Positions 25,901 through 37,374 of a stretch of DNA of 47,746 nt are shown in pieces. The DNA is from Octopus bimaculoides (lineage: Eukaryota): contig NC_069003.1 in NCBI RefSeq assembly GCF_001194135.2, positions 35,298,945-35,346,690 of the forward strand, in the 5' to 3' direction. The notes under the pieces are model-generated. The model did not search any database, was not told where the DNA came from, and saw only the letters and a program-made list of their open reading frames with translations. The translations under genes and the position numbers were made by a program. The stretch's first letter is position 1. Every line of letters begins with the position of its first letter.

Positions 25901-28305
25901 TAAAGAAGACCGTGGCCCATTATTCTAAAATATTACACATGGATTTGGTTTGTAATGGGTGAGTATTAACTTATTGATTAACTTCCATTTTGTACCAGTT
26001 TCTTAGATTAAATAATTGTTTTGTCTGAGAATATGCTTCGTTAAGGTAGTCAATACTGTCTTATATATATTCTGGTTTTACACTTTTTAAAAAATGGTAT
26101 TTTATTTAATCCCTGAAATTTCCTTAAATGTGATTGGTGGAAGACCATCAGAAGATATGTGCCACAAGTAAATCTAAAGACATATTCTTCGCTAAGACAG
26201 GTGTACTAATAAAATAACAGTTTCTAACATGAGCATAAAGGGACGACAAGTTTTCAGAGAGAGTTCCTAGAATTAAACTTAATTTATTGGAAGTGGAAGG
26301 ACAAAGTTGAACCCGACAAGATTAGAATTTAAATTATATAAACGATAATTAATACAAAACATTTTCTCTACAACTCAACAGATCTCCTAGCTACAACCTT
26401 CTATTATACGTGTGTGTGTATACAGTCTATTCCTGTTTGTGGATGTGGCAACTTGTCAAGGAATCCAGAGCCACAGGCCCCTGGATCAACCTAAATAAAC
26501 TTTTATACCCTACTATGGCACTAAATACTTTTTTTCTTTCTAATTTGTGTCTGTGTGCATATACCTCTGTGTGTGTGTGTTTGTGTATTTTCTTACTGTT
26601 TTACTCTAATTTGTTTTGAATATCTGTAGACTTTATCTTGCCACTTGCTCAGAAGATGGATCTCTGCGACTTTGGGGTAGGAAACCTGAAGTGAGAAGTC
26701 CCATGACAGAACTACGATCTCCTATAATCCACAAGAATTTCAGTCCTATGGAAAGATTCTTTGGAGAAAGGTTTGTACTTGTTTTACACTCAAGAATGGT
26801 TGCTAATAACAGTAATTTTTATTAGTTTCAGTGGAACAAAATCTCTCCAAGTCATTGAATAATGTGAATTTTCCACTGGACAGGCTACTGGTCAAGTAGC
26901 TGAGGGCACTAGACTGTGTTTATGGCTGGGGTACTTAATGATTCAGTCTATGTAGCTGTAAATGTGTACAACATGACAGAAGAATGTGCCATAGCTGTAG
27001 ACAATGTAAACATTGTAGATTTGTAATACCAATTCCAACTTTGTACTACCGACATGTTGTCTCCTCTCTATTCTATTGCTAAAAGAAAAATCTGTTTCAT
27101 TGAACAGTATATTACAATATATTTTAATTTTCCAGTATATTACAAATTGGAAGCAGTGAAAGTACGAAAAGTCCTGAACTTCTTGGGGAATGTCTAGGTC
27201 ATTCTGGAGCAGTTCAGGTAAGAGATTTCTTTATAATTGTTGCAATATGAGTTTCTAATCAAATCAAAGAAAGCTTTTACAGTTGGGAACATACTTCCGA
27301 GAGATTTACCTGCTATTTCTAGCATGTCAGCTGAAACATCTCCTATTGGCTCCCCCCTCCCCCATTTAAGAGCTCATTTCTATTTAAGGTCCCATTAGAC
27401 ACATTTGAAGATCTGAAATCGTTTGCTTTTGTGAGCTACCAAGACGAGTACCCCTTAAACTTTATCAAATGTCCACAAATTGTTGTCTTATATTTCAGAT
27501 GTTTGTTGACTTTGGTGCTGACGGGTTAATCACATGTGGAGGGGATGGAGTGATGATAGCATGGAAGGTGAGTAATCTTCAACCAACTTCAATCCCGGAA
27601 GCACAACTCGAGACTTCACGGGTTGTTTGTTCAATAGTTAATATATTAAACAGCTGCAAACAATAAAATTAATAGACAACAGATAGACCCATTTCTTGCA
27701 GTGTGTCATTAACACTAGCAGTCATCCTCATCATTTAACGTCCGTTTTCCATGCTGGCATGGGTTGGATGGTTTGACTGAAAACTGGTAAGCTGCAGAGC
27801 TGCAGTAGGTTCCAATCTGATTTGGCATGCCTTTCCTATTGCCAACCACTCCAAGAGTACCAGTTACGAAACACCGGCATCGGCCATGTCTGTGATCTCA
27901 CTTTGCTTGACAGCTCTTTTCAAGCACAGCATATTTCCCAACATTCAAAGGATGCTTTTTTTATATGCACCGGCACAAGTGCCAGATCAAAGCATTTAGC
28001 TTTCAATTAGCCCCTTCTTCTGTGTGTAGCACAGTTCTATCTTTCAAAGCATCATGATCACTAAAACTGAGGGGTAATTTACTACTTTGACAGGCCTGAG
28101 TCTATCTCCTCTCAGTAGAAGTCATCATTTCTATAAAGATGTGTCAGTCTCACTTATGCAAGATCCACTCATTCATATCGAAATAGATTTAATAACTTTG
28201 GGTTTTACTGTTTTCTTCTCTTTTCCCCAGAATCATGAACACGAAGAGATGAAACGATGTATACGAGTTCTGGAACTGAAACTAGATGCTAACTGTACAT
28301 TATGA
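19671..28305 (+). CDS. WDR41: WD repeat-containing protein 41 (spliced gene model; one internal exon probably in assembly gap)
   Basis: Hand-spliced GT-AG exons with consistent phases: 19671-19700, 20176-20288, 20544-20592, [gap], 21958-22020, 22510-22621, 23100-23165, 23799-23903, 24521-24672, 25834-25958, 26630-26770, 27136-27217, 27499-27567, 28231-28305 (394 codons incl. stop). Motifs YTEIHLLEDHKDIVRKL, RFASAADDATIIIWD, YIFAAIGAGFCIY, AHYSKILH, LATCSEDGSLRLW, GHSGAVQMF and LITCGGDGVMIAWK parallel vertebrate WDR41 as I recall it. The start codon is less certain because the frame is open to the 19639 acceptor. Confidence 0.9.
20176..20288 (+). CDS. WDR41: WDR41 exon (EKPDTLDHGQPYNLYTE...RLDNR)
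   Basis: ttttgtcag| acceptor, AG|gtttg donor, phase 0-2. Confidence 0.9.
20544..20592 (+). CDS. WDR41: WDR41 exon (RFASAADDATIIIWDVE)
   Basis: ctcttcag| acceptor, GAG|gtaag donor; WD dipeptide. Confidence 0.92.
20900..21170. repeat. Dispersed repeat family D
   Basis: aaacaggtgccttgctgtagaggagatacatggctac shared with ggaacaggtttcttgcagtagaggagttacaaggctac at ~37530-37570. Confidence 0.55.
21176..21791. other. Assembly gap inside WDR41 (one of 15 N-runs in the window)
   Basis: N run; other large gaps at 4697-5343, 8999-9540, 10861-11838, 29648-30190, 39277-39590 and 40396-41140. Confidence 1.
21958..22020 (+). CDS. WDR41: WDR41 exon (VWDIDTGSCLHIATDHSGSVR)
   Basis: tttccag| acceptor, CGG|gttagt donor, phase 0-0. 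Confidence 0.9.
22510..22621 (+). CDS. WDR41: WDR41 exon (CLIPLNDGEMFASGGQEICVWNKEGKLL...)
   Basis: gttccag| acceptor, G|gtatgt donor, phase 0-1. Confidence 0.9.
23100..23165 (+). CDS. WDR41: WDR41 exon (VPVIALLSITNNRIVAASEKQL)
   Basis: Long pyrimidine tract then gacag|, donor G|gtaagt, phase 1-1. Confidence 0.9.
23799..23903 (+). CDS. WDR41: WDR41 exon (EVYSVKYE...GPHREPIQSLVTIS)
   Basis: tttgcag| acceptor, G|gtaact donor, phase 1-1. Confidence 0.9.
24521..24672 (+). CDS. WDR41: WDR41 exon (DKMFCSGSIDGMIIVW...QHVFCAEN)
   Basis: tttccag| acceptor, AAC|gtatgt donor, phase 1-0. Confidence 0.9.
25449..25628. mobile_element. Mariner-type MITE in WDR41 intron
   Basis: GGGGTGCTGAAAAGTTCC ... 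GGAACTTTTCAGAACCCC inverted termini flanked by TA. Confidence 0.75.
25834..25958 (+). CDS. WDR41: WDR41 exon (RYIFAAIGAGFCIYDVETRRFVVKKTVAHYSKILH...)
   Basis: acttcag| acceptor, GG|gtgagt donor, phase 0-2. Confidence 0.92.
26630..26770 (+). CDS. WDR41: WDR41 exon (LYLATCSEDGSLRLWGRKPE...MERFFGE)
   Basis: tctgtag| acceptor, AG|gtttgt donor, phase 2-2. Confidence 0.9.
27136..27217 (+). CDS. WDR41: WDR41 exon (ILQIGSSESTKSPELLGECLGHSGAVQ)
   Basis: tttccag| acceptor, CAG|gtaaga donor, phase 2-0. Confidence 0.9.
27499..27567 (+). CDS. WDR41: WDR41 exon (MFVDFGADGLITCGGDGVMIAWK)
   Basis: atttcag| acceptor, AAG|gtgagt donor, phase 0-0. Confidence 0.92.
27720..27960 (-). mobile_element. Family C copy in last WDR41 intron
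   Basis: catcatttaacgtccgttttccatgctggcatgggttggatggtttgac. Confidence 0.8.
28231..28305 (+). CDS. WDR41: WDR41 last coding exon (NHEHEEMKRCIRVLELKLDANCTL*)
   Basis: ttttccccag| acceptor, TGA 28303-28305, AATAAA at 28361-28366. Confidence 0.88.
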   Translation, partial: NHEHEEMKRCIRVLELKLDANCTL

Positions 28306-28583
28306 GATTGGACTAATATTTAAGAGAAAACGAATTGCTATATGAGAAATCAATATTTAAAATAAATATTTAATGAACCATTGTTCCTGGTGTTTCTTAT
28401 ATATTGAAGTGTATTTGAGATGAGGGCACTGAATGTAGAGGACGTGTAGAAGCTGGAAAGAAACGAAAGATGCTTACTCCATTGGATGTGTAATCTTAGA
28501 ATGCATGAATGATAATACAGAGGAGTTGAGAGGAAAAACTGGGTGTGAGAGGAATCAGATGAACAAAGAGGGAAGAGTGCATG

Positions 28584-28629
<46 letters not shown>

Positions 28630-28639
28630 NNNNNNNNNN

Positions 28640-28910
28640 AATGTTAACCCCAGTGGGATTTGAACTCAGAACATAAAGGGTCAGAATATTGAGTTCAAAT
28701 CATGGCACAAGGCCAGCAAGTTTGAGGGAGAGAGCTAGTCATTTACACTGACCCCAGTGCTCAACTGGTACTTATTCTATTGACCCAAAAAGGATGAAAG
28801 GTAAAGTCGACCTAGGCTAAATTTGAACTCAGAATGTAAAGATAGATGACACACCACTAAGGATTCTGCCCAGGGTGGTAAGGATTTGGCTAGCTTGCCA
28901 CCTTCAGCAG
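28640..28910 (-). mobile_element. SINE family A copies between the WDR41 and SORD 3' ends
   Basis: aactggtacttattctattgacccaaaaaggatgaaaggtaaagtcgacc...tttgaactcagaa. Confidence 0.8.
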
Positions 28911-30439
28911 AATCAAAACATTGCAAGGGATATCCTCTGACATGCAACCAATTCCCTCTGCTCCCTGATCGAATGATAACAATAACACAAACAACAAGAA
29001 TAGTAATTTTAAAAAAAAAACAAACAAAAAACTGTTAAATAAAATAAAAACATTTAATCAAGTGTTGCCATGTTTATTCACATTTCAAGTCTCAAAACAA
29101 AGAAGGAATTTTAATTCGAAAACAACCAATATTTCTTGGACATTTTTCTTTCTTTGGAAGAACTGACTGAAAGTTTTTGGTTTTTTTAATATTCTAAACA
29201 CATAATAAACAAAACAGAAACACTCAAAATGAAACCCAAACCAAGAGGAAGTGGTGGCTGTTATGCTTTTACAATGACTAAGTTCTAAAACCCTAATGTT
29301 ATGAGGGGAGGGGGAAATTAAAAAATATTAAAATTCTAAAACAGCAAAAAAAACAAAAAAATGGACAAATTACATTTTTAAGGCAAGTAAAAATTTGGGT
29401 TTTGGTTGAGCAGAAAGCTTACAAATTTTACATAGGATGAGACTGGAATGAGATTTGGGTGTTTTTCAACGAACATTAGTGGCACAAACAGACTGAAATT
29501 TATTCAATTGGGAACAGAAACCCAACTTGCCAGACAGTCCACACTAGAATTAGAGCTTGCCTAAAACCTAATTCTTAATTCCATACTTTCAATAAGATGT
29601 CAGTTCTTCATGATAAAAATATTTAGCTTGAAAAATACGTTTCTGTTNNNNNNNNNNNNNNNNNNNNNNNNNNNNNNNNNNNNNNNNNNNNNNNNNNNNN
29701 NNNNNNNNNNNNNNNNNNNNNNNNNNNNNNNNNNNNNNNNNNNNNNNNNNNNNNNNNNNNNNNNNNNNNNNNNNNNNNNNNNNNNNNNNNNNNNNNNNNN
29801 NNNNNNNNNNNNNNNNNNNNNNNNNNNNNNNNNNNNNNNNNNNNNNNNNNNNNNNNNNNNNNNNNNNNNNNNNNNNNNNNNNNNNNNNNNNNNNNNNNNN
29901 NNNNNNNNNNNNNNNNNNNNNNNNNNNNNNNNNNNNNNNNNNNNNNNNNNNNNNNNNNNNNNNNNNNNNNNNNNNNNNNNNNNNNNNNNNNNNNNNNNNN
30001 NNNNNNNNNNNNNNNNNNNNNNNNNNNNNNNNNNNNNNNNNNNNNNNNNNNNNNNNNNNNNNNNNNNNNNNNNNNNNNNNNNNNNNNNNNNNNNNNNNNN
30101 NNNNNNNNNNNNNNNNNNNNNNNNNNNNNNNNNNNNNNNNNNNNNNNNNNNNNNNNNNNNNNNNNNNNNNNNNNNNNNNNNNNNNNNNNNGGGAGAACAA
30201 GATTGTGTAATAAAAGGGAGAAAAAACCCCAACAAAAGTTGATTTTCATCTGCGACTTGTAATTGACTCAGAGATATGGCAGTGTCGGAGAATTGAACTC
30301 CTTCAGCTTTATACTGTTTCTACCACATCGTCATTGTGTAAGAAAATGTTAGTAAAACATACTTTTCATGAACAAAGAAAAAAAAACAACAAAAAATTTT
30401 CTAAATAAATAGGTATATATCAAATTTCACCCAAATTAA

Positions 30440-30485
<46 letters not shown>

Positions 30486-30843
30486 TAGATAGATACATAC
30501 ACACATATATATGTTGTATGTATATATGTAGGTATAGATTATATAATCATATTATGTATATGATAAAAATTATCATAAATCTCTCCGCAAATAAAGTGGG
30601 ATTTTCCCTTATATCTTTCTTTTTCTAAAATCCTTAGATATGAGAATGAAGACAGACAACCATGCCATTACCATTTCCTCTAATACAAGGAAATAAAAGG
30701 TAATTGGTTTAAAATTTATTCAGTGGAAATTCTTTCGAGTTTGTTGGTTAAAAAGATGGAGAAATAATAATTGATTTTATAAAATTAAAGGGGCTAAAAA
30801 ATACACAACCCCAAACAAAAATAAATCAGTAAAAGAACTGTCC

Positions 30844-30997
30844 CTAACCACATTTAATCATAATCTTCACTGCACCATCTTTCATGGTGCGAGCATGTTC
30901 AAAAGCTTTCTGACTCTCTTCCAATTTGTATCTATGTGTAATTAAAGGTTTGACATTCACCTGGCCAGAAGCTATCATTGACAAGGCAATTGGGTAA
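30844..30997 (-). CDS. SORD: SORD exon 9 ([23 protein letters not shown]...IMIKCG*)
   Basis: ttttatag| acceptor, TAG 30846-30844, AATAAA on minus at 30720-30715. Confidence 0.95.
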
Positions 30998-32496
30998 CTA
31001 TAAAAAAGAAAGAAAAAAAAAGGCTGTTTAAAGAGACGATCAATGTTACAGCTGCGATAACAACAACAACGTTTAATAAAAGGAGAAAGTTACAAATTTA
31101 ATTAAACAGGTGATTATTATTGACACTGGTATTAGACAGGTAGAACCCAAAAGGATGAAATGTAAAGTGAACCTTGGTGGGATTTGAAACCATAATTTAA
31201 AAGAACATAATCTATGGAGGAGTTGATTTTAATGATTCCAGTCATATATTAGAAACCCAGGAAGATAAACTGCAAAGTTTACTCTGGCAGGATTTGAACT
31301 CGGAAGGTAAACTTTCACATGTATAAACATCTCAAGGTATTTGGTTTGGTGTTTTACTGCTTCTGTAACATCATACCATTGATAACTTTGAATTAGAAGT
31401 TCTAATACAGACATAAGATCACAAATGGTGGAGAAGAAGACAAGAAATGATATTTCGTTTAATATATAAGTGGTTGGCGTTAGGAAGGGCATCCAGCTGT
31501 AGAAACTCTGCCAAATTAGATTGGAGCCTGGTGTAGCCATCCGGTTGCACCAGTCCTCAGTCAAATCGTCCAACCCATGCTAGCATGGAAAGTGGACGTT
31601 AAACGATGATGGTGATGATGATATGAGTGATATTTATTTTGTCAATCCTGGGAAGATGAAAGCTGAAATCAACAGTAAGAGGACTTGATCTCAACTCAGA
31701 ACATACAGAGACAATAAATAAATACTGCAAGCTATAAGGGAAACTCTTATGTTATAGTTCTACATATTTTAACTGAATAACTTCTGACGGAAGATTATTT
31801 GCTAAAATCACTTCTCACAGTGCCAATACTTACCAGTTTGCATATCTGAAAATCCCCCTTATGTCTACTTCGCGGACTGCAGCATTCAACAATGGAACTG
31901 TAACTTCATCAGGTTGCATGCCAACCATCACAACACATCCGCCACTGGCTGTTGCCTGACAAGAAACAACAATAAAAGACGGACGTCCACAGATCAATAT
32001 TTAAAAAGCAAAACATGGACTGAAAGAATTCTGATCAAGCAGCCAAGATCATCTGATAAACATTATGAACATTTACTATTTTGCATCAAGAATGAAGAAC
32101 CTCATTAACATTAAGGGCAAATTGGCAAGAACATCGTTACTTGTAGCATTGACGTCTCTGCTGAGAAAAATAATTCTTTATTTATAATTTGTATTAATTT
32201 ATTGTTTTAGTAACGACACTTAAAGCATTTTGATGAATATTTAGAGAGTTTGTCAGTGGCTGGTTTGAAACTGGAAGGCAAAGGTGCTCTCTCTTGAATC
32301 TCTTCAAACTTGATTTACTAGAAATAGCAGACAAATCACCCTCAAGTAACACCTTAACTTCAAATAAAGTAAAGCACATATTAGATAATGTAGTCCTAGA
32401 TTCATTATGTCAAAAAAAAAATGATAAAAAGAGAGACACAAAATGGAGGATACAGTCAGAAAATAAAGCAAATGTTATTGAAGAAAAAGAAAAGGA

Positions 32497-32544
<48 letters not shown>

Positions 32545-32547
32545 CAA

Positions 32548-32594
<47 letters not shown>

Positions 32595-33938
32595 TCAGAG
32601 AGAGAGAGGGAATTACAGTAACCTACCAAAATAGATGTTTTTAAACCAGCAGGGTTCCCACTGCATTCAAGTGAAATATCAGGACTTTTCCCCAAGAGGT
32701 TTTCAATCTGAGAAGCAAGTTCTTTGGAAGTACCTGCTCTCACAGAGAGAACATGGTCAGCCCCTATCTTTTTGGCAAATTCCAGGCGCTGGCTGTCAAC
32801 ATCTGTGAAGAAACAAAGATACAGAATGAGATTGTGTGTGTGTGTTGACATACATTAATGTTATTGATGTATGTAGCTGTTTCATCGAGTTTCTTCTCAG
32901 TTAAATACCACCATGACCGATATCCAAACTACAGTGGAGAAGGTTGACCACTGGATTTGGTTAAAGAGAGACGATGAGCAATGGTCAGAAGAATATTGAG
33001 CCTTATCTGATAACCAGTTGATCTAGCAAGCGGGGCCTCATATCAATGAGATGAGGGCAGTGTGCAATGATGCTGTTGAGAGGTATTCATCTCTCCTGAT
33101 GATCCCATACCCTTGCTAGCTTCCAATATGTGGAGCTTTTGACTGGTAGCACTTGCATATATAAGTTGTTTGCAAAACATGAGAATACAACAGGTTCACC
33201 AGTTTGATATGGTTGCAATGTATTAACACAGGCAAGAGTGTATCTTGTTGATTTATGGTAACAGAAAAATGGTTGTTGGTTCCACTGACCAGACTTTCAC
33301 ATGTTTATGTAAATGTATAATAATGAACGTATAAGACAAAACCATAACAATTTACTTCAGTGACACACAAAGAAATGTGATAGTTGCAAATAGCCAACTT
33401 GGTGCCAATTAATAAATGTAGCAGAGTCAATAGGAATTACAAGACCAGGAAGAATTTGGTGCTGAGCTTTGAACTATTTCAGAAATCCATTACACCTGGG
33501 TTGAAATTTACAAAGAGAGTCAAGCATTATTTCCTTTGTAACTTACCTGTCATGCACACTTTAGCTGCTCCCATTGCTTTTGCAGTGAGAAAACAACAAA
33601 GTCCAATGGGACCTGAAATAGACAACAAGTTCATGTGAAAGACTACGGAGATAAACATTCTGAAGGGAATGTCTGATGAGAAAATTACCTGTGATGCAAG
33701 CCTGTTAACTACACTGCTATGCCTGCATTCATTTATGTTTGAATCTCATGTGTGGGGACTGCTACAACTCAACACATTTTCGTTTCATTCTCTCTTTGTT
33801 TATTTCTTCTTATTCCTCTCAGCTGAAGAGCATAGACTCGAGATGTAAAAGACTTTTACATTTTTCCCAAGCATCAAACTAATACACTTGCTTGTTGTTC
33901 ATACACCTGTCTTTGTCTTTTGTTTTTCTATAAATTTC

Positions 33939-34007
<69 letters not shown>

Positions 34008-37000
34008 TATATATATATATATATGCACATGGTATCTTATGTAGAGTAGCTTTAAATTGTGTGATGGTTATTGTATTATTGTAAATATCTTATACAAAGT
34101 GAACATCTACAGCAGCAACCTCATCATCCTGGGGCCTTGAAAGCTATGAGCATTGCCTCTTTTCCTTGAACTAATCAGTTTAGCAAAAGACAAAAGTTAA
34201 TAGCTTTAAATAGTTACTAGAACAAATGGTCTAACAAGTATTATTAGGAGTGTAAATATTAATTTTAGTATTGAGAAAATGGGGAGCAGCAAGTTGAGCA
34301 GAAAAGTAGAGCATTGGAATTAATTTTATCTTGCATTTTGCAAAGACTGTTAAAATAGCTGTAATATACTAGGGATGATAATCAGCTGTAATATGAGCCC
34401 TGTATAAATTGGTCTTATTTCAAGTGGAAACAAATCTATACTAGTGCATGTCAGTAGTATAGTCACATAAGTAATATATTAGTACATATAGATGCATAAA
34501 TAATATACACACCTGCTCCAGAAATTAAAACAGTTGAATTGATGCTAACTCCAGCCCTTCGACAAGCATGGACTCCAACAGAAAGTGGCTCCAGTAGGGC
34601 TCCGTCTTCTGTACTTACATTGTCAGGTAGCCTAAAGTAAATCACAGACAAGGATTAAGTTTAACTGGCTTCGATTGTTCTTTGTGATGAATTTCAAATA
34701 AAAAATATTTACAGAGTGCCTGTAGAGAGCCAATGTGAAATAATAGAAAGTAGAAGAAATTGAAAACGCAAATCCTAGGCAGTCAACCAAATTCCTGAAC
34801 GTGTCAATGAAGATATTCAATCAATGTAATTGAATCATATATATTTGTATAGATCAACATAAATCATGCATGTATAGGCGTAAAGATTCTCCAGCCCATG
34901 ACATTTGCAGGGATGAGGAGGGAAAGGGTGAGATGGTGTTTAGTTTAAATGGGATTCCAGAATATCGTTATTTTGTGAGGGATTATATTGTGTAGAATGT
35001 TTAGTGTGAGGTATGGGGACAGTTTTTAGCAGCTGGAAAACTCAGGGAGGGTGATGCTTATGAGAGTGATAATGATTATGAACTACAGGTAGGCTTGAGG
35101 CTACCAATCAAAGAGAGGGATAAGAGAAATGCTCACCTGTGGAGATGAGGTGTGGCCCCACTTTAACATTAAATTACTACTGATTAGATGCTGCCCCCTT
35201 ACATCAGAGATCCCTGATAGATTATGATTACTGTGTAACTGAACTTTTTATGCAAATATATGTAAATTAGTCGTGAAAAAGAAAGTGCTTACTTACTTGT
35301 AACAAAAATCTGCAGCATGACAATAGAACCTGGCAAGGGTACCATGAACAGGGGGGGTCGCACAGAACCGCATCTTTCGACAAAGGTTGTAATGCCCCTC
35401 TTTACAGTAGTTGCATAATCGGCATGGTACACCAGGTTCCACGGCTACACGGTCACCTACCACCAACACAAAAATCATCATCATCATCAGTATGAATTAT
35501 GTTAATTACAGTTATTATTATCATTAACATAATCTCAATCACATGCATCATTATCGTAATAATGTTGATCCCTTGTAACAACTACCTCCCATGCATCATG
35601 ATGACCTTTTTTCCACCACAGTCATCACCAATGTAATTCCAGTTATATACAACAGTATCACCATCCTTTTGCCATTGCTTTTACACTGGCCACAATCACC
35701 ACCAGTTATCTGCATCTTTATTTTCCCTAACATCACTGTCAATCAATGCTTTGTCACCATCCAATCATAACTTTCATTTTCCCACCACCTTTCCGCCACA
35801 CTGTCAGCCGGAGCCAGCTGAGCCCAGGACTTGTGTCAGGTAGGGTTGTTAAACAACAACAATAATCACAGAAAATCAGAGGTTCTACTCTGACTTTTAC
35901 AGACAAGAAATTTGAGAAAATAATAGTAGCACTAAAAACAAAATTCCTCTCTTTCACGGGAATATGGAAATAGGGAGACACAGAGGGACCCTGGTTCCTA
36001 TCACCACACCTCATAACATTCCACAGCTTAATGTCACCATTTGTTCACTGTCCACATGACTTACCAACTGATAAACTAGTTACGCCCTCGCCCAGCTTAG
36101 TGACCACTCCACTGGCTTCATGACCTAAGACCATTGGAGAAGTGAGGATGAAGTCGCCAATACAACCATGAGTCCAGTAATGGACATCAGATCCGCAAAT
36201 GCCTACATCCTGCATAGATAATTGAACTTCTGCAAACAAAAGAAAAAAGAAAAGACATTTTAATGCACAAATAATGATAACAGAATATACATACATACAC
36301 ACAATATATATTACATTTATTTGACAAAGACATTTTTCTAAGCAAAAGAACTACTCTAATAGGCCTAAACCTGTTTTCCATTTGCCCTTGATACGTTGCC
36401 CTTATGGCAAATAAATGAAATGATTATTACCTTTCAGAATCTCTTCTGGTTCTTTACATTCTGAACATAGGGTCAGATAAATAATTACCTGTTCCCTATA
36501 ATCCTATCAATTTGTCCCCTTATGTCAATGTTAGAAAATATTATGTATAACAAAAGCCCTGGGACTATTTTGACTTTACAACATTAAACTTAATAAGAAA
36601 CTAACATCATAATCTCTTTGTCTAGCTTCCTTTATCCTTTAGAAACCAAAATGCTTAAGGCTGTCCTTGGTTCTATCATACAAACTTGTTCTAAAATGTT
36701 CTAAATTAAAGTCTTTTGACAAAATTTCATGTTAATTTATATTCCAAGTATCAGTTTAATAATGACAGAGTCATTTTATTAAATTCTTCACTATTTTTAG
36801 GATTAATTGAAACAGAAGCACTGCATTTCAAAAGAAATATGTTAACAAAAAGCTTAAAAGTCAAACTGCCCTATAAATCATTATTATTATTATTGTCTAT
36901 TGACTTTCTATACTTCCAGCTATTGTCTCAGACAAAGTAGTTGAAACAGAAGGGAAGGTCTTTGGTGAAGGTTATAAAACAAAGAGAAAGACAAGGAGAG

Positions 37001-37281
37001 ATCTTTAGGAATATAAAGACTTCTTGTTACCTCCAATGCCTGGCTCTGGGATGGGCCGACATTCCTGCAAAAGAAAAACAACAAGCATTGGAAGAGAATA
37101 CCAGGAAAAGAACAATCACAGTTGTTATGTAAATATCACAGTGTATCATATTTGAGAGACTTTAACATGTCTGGTCCTTGACATTTAATATTGTTGACAA
37201 TTCTGTGTGGCTTTAGATTGTCAGAGCATTCACAGAGCGGGGCAAAAAGAGTTTGTTTCATCATTGGGTATGTGCATACAT

Positions 37282-37320
<39 letters not shown>

Positions 37321-37331
37321 NNNNNNNNNNC

Positions 37332-37374
<43 letters not shown>

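Noticed and set aside
28291-28305. WDR41 C-terminus NCTL as a CaaX prenylation signal
   Set aside because: Cys is third, not fourth, from the end
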